In this document: in pieces, positions 51,040-64,000 of the stretch
How positions within the stretch are numbered: the stretch's first letter is position 1
Layout of the letters: each line of letters opens with the position of its first letter
Source: the human T2T-CHM13v2.0 reference genome, Homo sapiens
Reading direction: 5' to 3' (one strand)
Assembly (NCBI RefSeq): GCF_009914755.1
Contig: NC_060929.1
DNA length: 64,000 nucleotides
The notes under the pieces: model-generated
Told to the model about the DNA's origin: nothing
Seen by the model: the letters and a program-made list of their open reading frames with translations, nothing else
The model's database searches: none
Position numbers and translations under genes: made by a program

Positions 51040-51245
51040 GAGCCGGGTGTGGAGGCTCATGCCTGTAATCCCAGCAACTCAGGAGGCTGAGGTGGGAAGA
51101 CCACTTGAGCCCAGGAGTTCAAGACCAGCCTGGGCACATAGGGAGACCTAGTCTCTCAGAAGTTTTTTAAAAATTAGCTGGACATGGTGGTGCACTCCTG
51201 TAGTCCCAGCTACTTGGGAGGCTGAGGCAGGAGGATCGCTTGAGC
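51040..51245 (+). mobile_element. Alu, partial
   Basis: Starts ~35 nt after the BHMT exon 2 donor. Confidence 0.85.
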
Positions 51246-53299
51246 TATTTTATGCAAATGATTTTGTGTATCTGCAGCGCTTTTGTAATTTAGACTGAGT
51301 GGTAGCTAGAATTGATGGAAACCCCTGAAGAGTCTTCCTGCAAGCTGGACTTCACCTGCAACATTTTTATATATCTCATGCCTGGGCCTGACTTTTTCAT
51401 GTTCTGGGCAAAAAGAAAGGAGTGGTTATGCTACAGGCCCACAATCCCCTGTCCAAACCACATTTTGGGGTCAAACATATCTTGGAATCCAGGAATCTGG
51501 GGATGTTAGAAAGTTAATACAGTACAAATGTAGCATATTATGTAACACTCCCAATGGGCCCTGAAGCAGCTCCCATTGAAACACATTAATACATTTTTGC
51601 ATCAAAATACATGACTACCCTTACTAATTGAAACATGTTTATCAATACCTTCATGTTGGTTCAGGTCATATTTTGCCCCCAAATGGTTTTGCTGCAAACT
51701 TACCCAACTGAAGAAATACTTCAGAATTTTATTTGACCTTTTAGAGTTTGCTGTGGAATTTTAAAAACTTGCATTTCTCAAGCTAAATCTATAAGGCTAA
51801 TCTCCAACTATGCCATGTACATATATAATCATGTATCAATGTACATTTAGCTTCTATGATTTTAAAATAAGTAATATAATGAGGAGTTAAGGCCATAAAA
51901 TGAAGGTAATCAATTAGTATAAGCGACGTCATTGAGTAAAAGGGACTAGCCCTATTGTATTATGGGTTAGAGTAGGAACCTTGTGGTCAGGAAAAAGTAG
52001 GTGAAAGGATACTCAAATTACCAGCCTCATTCTCTTGCTAAAGTTTATGCCCAAAGTTATGGTTCTTGCACCCAGTGGAAGCAGCTTTAATTCAGCAATG
52101 AATTCAGGTTATCGGGGTCTGGAAGAGTTTGAGGAATCTGCCTTTCTGATAATTGCCCCCAGGTGACTCTAAGATGGATCATACTTAGAGAATCACTGCA
52201 GTTTTAGAAGCATGATGAATAATCAAGAGTGAGGAGTTGTCTTCAACTGTTTGGGATCACTGCCCTGTGGAAAAATCTGATAAAATTTTATAGACCTTCT
52301 GCACTGTAAAATGTATTTATACATAACAATTTGCACACATTTCCAGGGTTTTTTTCATGAAACCTCTGGAACTCCACCCAAGGACCATGTGAGTGGACTT
52401 CGTAGTTATAAACCATTTATTCCTAGTGTCCAGAAACCTAGTATATAGGCCTTTCAGCCCTCTCCAGCCACAGCAGCTCTGGGTTTATCTGATTGATATA
52501 TGGAACTCCCTATATTTTTCATTGGTTCTGTTATTAATTAAAACAAGTTTGAAGCCCGCTAATTTAGGGATGCTTTTGAGGTCCCACTGAGAACTTTCTA
52601 TGATTTAAAAAATCATGGAAAATCTTTGGCTACAAGCTTACAAATGCATTTTCTAAAATTTAAAAGCTTTTTTCACTTGTGTATTCATCTCTTTAAAAAC
52701 AAAAACCAAGGTTTCTATGTTCCAGTTACTCTACTCTACTAGTCGTCTGGGAGACAAGAGATGAGTATAGACTCATCTCCAGCGTTAGCGCTGAGAGCTA
52801 AGAACTTCAGTGTCCTAGTAATTTCCTAGCCTGTCATATAGTTGCTCCTGGACCTTTGGATTTCATAAACCTCTGAAATTTCAAAATAATTTTCAGGAGC
52901 TGATATATTAATAGCATGCTGATTTCTTACTTTGCCCAGTTAATTCTCCTAACGAAAACAACCAAGTTTTTGTGAAATCCAAGTTTCACAGTCATTTTAT
53001 AAAAGGAGTTTTTTTCCACTATCTTACAATGGCAGTTTTTGACAAGGCTGAAAACAAAGATGGGTTGGGGAAACTTAAAAAAAAAGATGCCTATGCCTCA
53101 CTCCAAACCATTTAAGTCAGAATATCTGTGGATTTGACATTCCAATCCGTAATTTTAATTTGCAGGGGATCTAATGGGCAACCACAGCTTAGGACAGCTA
53201 TTTTAAAACAAATGATAATTTCTTAAACTGAATACTTTTAGCTATATGGGGAAAAAATCCCACCATATTTCCTCCAGCTGATAAAACTTTGCCATTTGG

Positions 53300-53621
<322 letters not shown>

Positions 53622-54363
53622 TCATCCATGGAACTGTGCTTGGAAATCTTGCTCCAATTCTTATTTCACCATGCTACCAGAATTATCTTTTGAAAACACT
53701 GTATTAATTACATCATCCAGTTGCTTAAAAACTATATATTTCCCTGATTCATCAACTCCAGCCACTCAAGGTACTTGTCATTCCCCCAAATGCCATGCCT
53801 GTTCCCGCTTTATTATCTTTGCTCAGGCTATTCTCTCTGGATGGAATTCCCTTCCCCACCTTCTCTGCCTGGCAGTAGCATTGAATTCTTCCAAGTGCAG
53901 CTCAAATGATTCCTCATCTTTGGACCTCCTTCGCCCCCTTGCCCCATGTCCTGGGTAGAAATGATCCCTTCTTCCTGCATAGCCCAACCATGCAGTGCTG
54001 TAGTCAGTTATTTCTGGACAGACTGTGAAGTTGTCCAAAGACAGAATAATGGATTGTTTATCCTTGTGTCCATGGGTGCCATCCACAAATACAGTCAATG
54101 AATGATAAACAAAATAAACAATGAACAAGATGAGCAAATACAGGAATATGAGCACCCCCTGCCCACCCATTCATCTAGTCATAGCAGGTTCACAGGAGTT
54201 TCCAAGAGACTTCAGATCTACCTCTCATCTACCCCTAAGATGTGCAAATGTCAAGCAACCAGAAATTCAAGCAGTTGTTTTCCTGCTTGTTTATCTGAGA
54301 GCCATTTGAAAATATCGTGTGTTAATAAACAGAAATTATACCTTTCCTCATTCACTCTCCCAG

Positions 54364-54482
54364 TTCGCCAGCTTCATCGAGAGTTCCTCAGAGCTGGCTC
54401 AAACGTCATGCAGACCTTCACCTTCTATGCGAGTGAAGACAAGCTGGAGAACAGGGGCAACTATGTCTTAGAGAAGATATCT
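54364..54482 (+). CDS. BHMT: BHMT exon 3
   Basis: (V)[39 protein letters not shown]; AG/GTGAGT; 119 nt. Confidence 0.96.
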
Positions 54483-55454
54483 GTGAGTAAAACCAGCCGT
54501 GGGACTTTTAGAAGGATATTGTCGACCTATTGCATCAACAAAGCTCCCATAGAGAAAAGGGTTCAACCTCTTCAGAGTTTTGTTTTATTTCTAATAATAC
54601 AAAAATGAGAGGCGTGAATAACAACCTTAGGTTTTATTTAGCTGGAATCCCCAAAATTAACAAAGAGGCATTTAGCGAAGCAGATGAAGAAGAGGTATTT
54701 AATGATTAATGATTCTCCCAGTCTCTTGACTAAGTTGCTGAGTAAATTGGGCAACCTTACAAATTCTTTCGTCCTTAATGTTTTTAAATGTAGCATGGCT
54801 AGAGGAAAGATCATAGGCATAATAAATCAGTAAACCTGGAATAGTGCCTGACTCAAGCATGTCTACTTTGTGATGTTGAACCAACCCCTTTACCCCATCA
54901 AGGCTGAGGTTTCCAAAATTCCACGAGTGTACAGTGCTAGGTTTGGGGAGCTTTTTGTTTGTTGAGCATAACAAACAACTTTTAAAGTCTAAATAATTAG
55001 AAAAGACCTTATTAGTTATGCATGTATCTGTTAATTGAGAATATACATACAAAAACATCCTGAATTCTACAGGTATTTAAATTTAATTTTAATCTTCTCA
55101 ATCATAAAAGCAAATCATCATCACCACCACTACTATTTGTTAGGTACTCTTCTAAGTGCATCTCAGGCACTGGAAGATACCAGATAACATCCTTCAATGT
55201 AAAAACTTTTACCATCTCACACATCTTTGGTACAATGTAATGTCATATATATATTTATTGTTACTATCACTATTATTAGTGTTATTGTTATGGCAAACTG
55301 TTCAACTTGGTAAAGCTTTGAACTATTCCATAACAGTCATTTTCTGGAATAAGATACTATTGTAAATATACAACTAAGATGTGAATGTTTGAATAATAAT
55401 TTTATTTCAATTTCACATGAAAATTTAGATGTCTCATATACTCACCCATTTTAG

Positions 55455-55646
55455 GGGCAGGAAGTCAATGAAGCTGCTTGCGACATCGCCCGACAAGTGG
55501 CTGATGAAGGAGATGCTTTGGTAGCAGGAGGAGTGAGTCAGACACCTTCATACCTTAGCTGCAAGAGTGAAACTGAAGTCAAAAAAGTATTTCTGCAACA
55601 GTTAGAGGTCTTTATGAAGAAGAACGTGGACTTCTTGATTGCAGAG
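55455..55646 (+). CDS. BHMT: BHMT exon 4
   Basis: [33 protein letters not shown]...KNVDFLIAE; AG/GTAAAG; 192 nt. Confidence 0.96.
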
Positions 55647-55975
55647 GTAAAGAAAGATGTGGTGAAAGATAAGACAAATACACCTAGTACATTTTCTCTA
55701 CCTTTTGCTTTCAAGAGTACTGTGTGGGGTTAGGTGACAATCATAACTAGCAATAGTAATATTTAGTTTTTGAAATCGTTTTCCAATTCAGGGCTACTAC
55801 TAAATTTGATTTAATTAATCTGATATGGTGTTTTTCAAACTTTTTGACTGCAATTTACAGTAAGAAATCATTCTATTTCATTTTAAAAATGCTAATGGGT
55901 CACAATTCAAAGTTTGAAAACAGTAATAATGAAGTTTTTAAGCAATAGAATACATTTTCAAATTGTTTTGGGAAA

Positions 55976-56302
<327 letters not shown>

Positions 56303-56322
56303 CTAACCTTAACTGATTCCAG

Positions 56323-56470
56323 TATTTTGAACACGTTGAAGAAGCTGTGTGGGCAGTTGAAACCTTGATAGCATCCGGTAAACCTGTGGCAGCAACCATG
56401 TGCATTGGCCCAGAAGGAGATTTGCATGGCGTGCCCCCCGGCGAGTGTGCAGTGCGCCTGGTGAAAGCAG
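56323..56470 (+). CDS. BHMT: BHMT exon 5
   Basis: [49 protein letters not shown]; AG/GTGATG; 148 nt. Confidence 0.96.
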
Positions 56471-56637
56471 GTGATGATAGATTTCAATCAGTTTGTGATT
56501 AGTAAGTCTTAAAAGAACACACTAGTGCACATCTGTCTACAAATCAGTGTATACTACTTTCGTTAACATAAAAACCATTAATTTATTTTTGTAAGAATAT
56601 TGATATTATTGAATCCCAGAGGAAAAGTTTTAAAAAT

Positions 56638-57346
<709 letters not shown>

Positions 57347-58620
57347 TTAGGCAGATATCTTTACTGTGGAACTTATCAATATCTTTGATATGTTCACATA
57401 TATTCCTAGTCTCCAAGAAGGTGATGTGGTGAACAGCTACTTCCTAACTTAATTGATCATGGAACATTATTTTCATGGACCAAACCTTGGAAAACCCTGT
57501 GCTAAATTATAAAATTGTTGATGTCAGGAACAATGTCCTTTATTTCTACTTCTCTATAATCTCTTGCAAGGAGGCTTACACCTAAAAGACATCCAATAAA
57601 TAGCCAACATATTATTAATTTATTAATAGAATGAAGTTAATTAAGCAAGGAAAGAGAAACTCTGGCAGCACAACATCCAAAAAAAAAGGGTAGCCAAAGA
57701 TCTTCAACAGCTTATAGCTTAGTTGATATCAATGATCTTCCCACTTGGTTCCAGACTTGGATATTGTGGATATATATACTTGTGAGTATATGTATACACA
57801 ATCTGATGAATATATATATATAAAATATATAAGTATATGTATATATACACACACATATTCTGGCTACATAGGTATACACACACATACAAGTATATTTACT
57901 TCTGGATACTTGCATATATCCACAATATTCAAATCTGGAGCCCAATGGGAAGGTCAGGGTAAGAGAGAGGAATATGGGAGAGACCTGGATATAGATGGTA
58001 TTGAAAGCCTAGGACAGAAAAGGAAGTTTAAATGGGGAAGAAAAGATGAATCAGTGCAATCTTGGAACACTCCAGTTGAGAGTTTTAGCCTTGAGGAGGA
58101 GACAGCACAGAACATGAAGACATTTTTAAAAAGAATATTAAACAGGACATTTATTAAAATAATAAACCAGCAAAGTAGAAACAATACTTGGACAGTGTGT
58201 GGGAAGTTGCAGAAGCCAAGAGAAGGGGAGTGTCAATGAAGGAGGAAGTTGTCCACTAGGTTGCATACTGCTGAGAGCTTCAGTGAGATGAGAACAGAGA
58301 AGCAGCTGCTGGATTTGGCAAGGTTGAGGTCATTGGTAACCTTAACAAAAGCTGTTTCAGAGGAATGAAGGGGAGTGAGGCCTACTTGGAACAAGAATGA
58401 AGAGCAAACTGCAGACCCAGCCCAGCAACAGCAAAGACACCTGCCACTCACCACTGGATTCCATGGGTTGTGGCACCAGCTCTGCTGCTCCTGGGAGCTG
58501 AACACTGGGGTCACTCATCACTCATGCTGCATCCAGAAATAATCTCTCTTGCTCTTGTTCTTGGTATCTCTATATACAAAATACAAAATCCTAGGCCATG
58601 AGTCCATCCAAAAAAGTCCT

Positions 58621-59581
<961 letters not shown>

Positions 59582-60268
59582 CTATTTGGGAATTCCTCCC
59601 ACTTTGAGAGGAGAGAGTAAAAGAATTATAATGTCATAATGCCTTCTCAAATCTTCTGGAGGAGGAAACTTCCAAAATCATGTCTAGTGATTGCCATGGT
59701 AAATCATCTGTGGTCCAAATATAGTTAAGAACATAATGACTATAAAGAAAGTTTTTGAAGAAAATGAAATATCTAAAACATAGTTTGTTCTCACTAAATC
59801 AAACTTCACAGCACCAAATTTTACAAGAATACTGTAGGAAGACAATCCCATATAGTTGTGAGTCTGGGGAGGCTGAAATGTAAATTAAAAGCTTGTCAAA
59901 ATGATTGATAGGCTAGTAACCACATTGAGTAGCTGAAGTCAAAGGATTTTTGAGATTCTTTTTCCCCAAACTATTAATCCTAGACACAAAATTCCTTCTA
60001 GAAAACACGTGTCTAAAAAACTTTTTTCTAAATTACATTCTGCTGCTGTGCCCAAGAAGGCTAATGAACTTATTAAGTTGGCCTGGTGAAAAGGAATATT
60101 TATTTACACCTCAAGCAAGCAGTATGGTAAACACAGGTGTAGTCTAGCAGCTGGGAGTGTTGAAAAATTATTGTGCTTGCAACATAATGTCCAACGTTGA
60201 AAGTTTGACTACTAAAATTTGAAGTTTAAAAAAATTCTAATAATTTTTTTTTGAAAAAAGATGGATAG

Positions 60269-60609
<341 letters not shown>

Positions 60610-60749
60610 TTATACCAGACTCTTCAAAGCACTTTCACAGAAAGCACTTCCTGCCTGCTAGTAATCATTCTCACTCAAAGGTAAGAGGTTTGTGGGGAAT
60701 GAGGACCTAATGCTATGCTTCCAGTTCATCATTCCAATTAAAAGCTTCC

Positions 60750-61053
60750 TGCTGGGTGTGGTGGCTCATGCCTGTAATCCCAGCAGTCTGGGAAGCTGTT
60801 GGATCACTTGAGCTCAGGAGTTCGAGACCAGCCTGGGCAACATGGCGAAACCCCATATCTATAAAAAAACAAACAAACAAACAAAAATTAGCCAGACGTG
60901 GTGGCACACACTTGTAGTCACAGCAACTTGGGAGGCTGAGGTGGGAGGATTGCTTGATCACTTGAGGTGGAGACTGCAGTGAGCTGAGATCACGCTACTG
61001 CACTCCAGCCTGGGCAACAGAGTGAGATTGTGTCTCAAAAAATGAAAAAAAAA
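60750..61053 (+). mobile_element. Alu ~85 nt upstream of BHMT exon 6
   Basis: Sense dimer; TSD cttcctg. Confidence 0.88.
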
Positions 61054-61139
61054 CTTCCTGATTCCTGATGAAGAGAGGAGAGCTGGCCCTGCTGGTTTCT
61101 GGTGCATCCCTAAGTCTATCATGTTCTTCCCACTCACAG

Positions 61140-61322
61140 GAGCATCCATCATTGGTGTGAACTGCCACTTTGACCCCACCATTAGTTTAAAAACAGTGAA
61201 GCTCATGAAGGAGGGCTTGGAGGCTGCCCAACTGAAAGCTCACCTGATGAGCCAGCCCTTGGCTTACCACACTCCTGACTGCAACAAGCAGGGATTCATC
61301 GATCTCCCAGAATTCCCATTTG
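61140..61322 (+). CDS. BHMT: BHMT exon 6 (Cys217 zinc ligand; carries Gln239)
   Basis: [61 protein letters not shown]; AG/GTAAG; 183 nt. Confidence 0.96.
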
Positions 61323-62114
61323 GTAAGACCAACATTTGATGAATCATCTCAATATCTTCATTTGATATGCATATAAACTCAAGTAAATCTATACCCAGAG
61401 ATCTTTTGTCATAGTGAAGAGATGGCTTGGTGTCTCCTCATGTCTTGTCCCTGGTTTCTGTCCCTGCAGCCAAAAGCCCCTTCGTATTAGAGAAGAGCAG
61501 AAGGAAAGGATGGTCCCAGCTAGCAAAAAAGATCTCTGAATTTAAATATAAAATCTAAGGTGAATCAGCATCTAAACAGACAACTAGTGAGTCATACTTT
61601 GGGGTTGGTGAGGATGCCCTTCATGGGAGAATCAACAGATATTTAGTTCTAGTTCCAGCTCTGTTGCTAAGTCCTGTCACCTTAGGAAAATCTTTAAATT
61701 CCTCTAGCTCTCAAATTCTTTATTGGGAAAATAAGATCAGACCAGTTATCTCTAAGGTCCTTTTCTCCAATTTTTAATATGGCTCAGCTACTCCAGAGTT
61801 TTGGGATTGCAGGCAAGATACCATCATCGAGTGACTGTATTACAAGTTTTAATGAAGAGACCAAGCAGATGAAGTGAGGGGATACTTGCAGTCCAGGCAG
61901 AAGGAAAAACTTTCCCAGCATGATTGGGAAGAGCGGGTGGGTTGATCTCACAAATTAAGCCAGAGTGGTCAGCAGGGGCAGAGCATGCCCAGCCTCCTAT
62001 TTCCTTCTAAGGTCTTTACACCCTATCCTATATTTTATAGGGACCCTTAGACAAGTAAGATATTATAAAATACAATCACTCTGGAGGAGCCACAGAGGAA
62101 GAAAGGCAAGGCAT

Positions 62115-62690
62115 TTGTGTTACTTACTGCTGTATAACACATTAAATTAATGCAAAATGTAGTGGCTTGAAAAACCACTTCTTATCTCACAGTTTCTCCA
62201 GGTCAAGAATTCAGGGATAGCATAACTAGGTGGTTTTGGTTCAGGGTCTCCTAAGAGGTTGGAGTCCGGATATTTGCCAGGGCTATTATCACCTGAAGGC
62301 CTGTTGGGAGCTGGGGGATCTACTTCCTAGCTCACTTAATTGGTTTTTGGGAGTTAGTGTCAGTTTCTTGCTGTCTGTTGACTGGGGGCCTCAGTTCCTC
62401 AGCTCATGGGCCTTTTCACTGTGATGCTAGAAAACATGCTTGAAACATGTGATGCTTGCAACATGGCAGCTGGCTTTCCCCAGGGTGAGTGCTCCAAGAA
62501 AGTGCAAGGCAGAAACCATGATGTTTTGTATAGCCTAGACTCTGAAGTCACATGCCAGTTCTGCCATATTCTATGGATCTCACAGACCAGCCCTGTTATA
62601 ATGCAAGAGGGGACTGCACAAGAAGAAAAACATCAAAGGGCAGGGGTCATTTGGAACCTCCTGAAGGCTGGATACCACAGCATGTAAAAG
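62115..62690. mobile_element. MLT1-type MaLR LTR
   Basis: tagtggcttgaaaaac...tctcacagtttct...ggtcaagaattcagg pattern. Confidence 0.65.
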
Positions 62691-62848
62691 TGAACATACA
62701 ACACAAAGTAGCAAAGTTTTTTCTTAAATGTAAAAATTGAATATTGAAAACAATTCATTTATTGAAAATTACATACTTGTAGCTACTTATCTTGAATTTT
62801 TATGAAAAGAATGTATAATGCCTAATGGCATAATGCCACTTATTACAG

Positions 62849-63077
62849 GACTGGAACCCAGAGTTGCCACCAGATGGGATATTCAAAAATACGCCAGAGA
62901 GGCCTACAACCTGGGGGTCAGGTACATTGGCGGGTGCTGTGGATTTGAGCCCTACCACATCAGGGCAATTGCAGAGGAGCTGGCCCCAGAAAGGGGCTTT
63001 TTGCCACCAGCTTCAGAAAAACATGGCAGCTGGGGAAGTGGTTTGGACATGCACACCAAACCCTGGGTTAGAGCAAG
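62849..63077 (+). CDS. BHMT: BHMT exon 7 (GGCC zinc ligands); exon 8 outside window
   Basis: [45 protein letters not shown]...KPWVRA; AG/GTAAG; 229 nt. Confidence 0.96.
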
Positions 63078-63332
63078 GTAAGCATCTTTTTACTAACCCA
63101 AACTAATTTAGATTATGAATATGTTCAAGTGAGGCCATTTAGAAGACTGCAGCAAATTTGTTGTGTGATGATGAAGAATCAGTCATCCCCAAATTCTCTC
63201 CCAGAGATGTTTACAAAGCATCCTTATTAGGTGATTTCTGGAGATTGTTTTAAGAATATAGAACGTATTTGACCTGATTTTGGATTTTGAAAAGAAAAAG
63301 AAAAATTTTTTTAAAAATTGTTTTTAAATATA

Positions 63333-63695
<363 letters not shown>

Positions 63696-64000
63696 CTAGT
63701 AAAGCACCATTAGTGTGGTGCACAATACTCTTAAATTGCATTGATTTTTAAGAGTTAAGGACCACTTAAGTATAGCTAATACTGATTGTTCTATATCAAG
63801 CATGATTTTCAGAGCTGGGAATACGGTGGCAAATAAGACAGGCAAGGTCTTTGCCCTCAGAGTTTACATTCCAATGGGGAAGATGAATAATACACTAGTA
63901 AAAAAAAATGTATGTCAGGCACTGGGAAGGGCAGTAGGAATATAGAAATGAGAAGCCGTGGATTAGAGACTCACAGTCTACTGGGTAAAAGAATACGAAA

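Overview
This is human (or very close hominid) genomic DNA from the choline/betaine one-carbon gene cluster. It holds DMGDH exon 1 (minus strand) head-to-head with the complete 8-exon BHMT2 gene (plus strand, intact 363-aa ORF), a ~22 kb intergenic spacer with a full-length TSD-flanked L1PA2/3-type LINE-1, and BHMT exons 1-7 (exon 8 is beyond the window). All splice sites are GT-AG and exon sizes match between the paralogues except exon 3. About 31 Alus plus LTR, DNA-transposon and old LINE fragments fill the rest. I found no new multi-gene system. The main anomalies are: (1) the BHMT initiator codon reads ATT instead of ATG (46991-46993); (2) exon 7 is ~98% identical between BHMT2 and BHMT versus ~73% for exon 2, suggesting gene conversion; (3) BHMT2 carries fossil traces of how it lost its C-terminal tail and 9 residues of exon 3; (4) the L1 keeps open ORF1, endonuclease and ORF0 frames, with its antisense promoter facing BHMT; (5) a perfect double-GATA palindrome sits in BHMT intron 1. 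Reference comparisons are from memory of the proteins, not database searches, and repeat boundaries are approximate.
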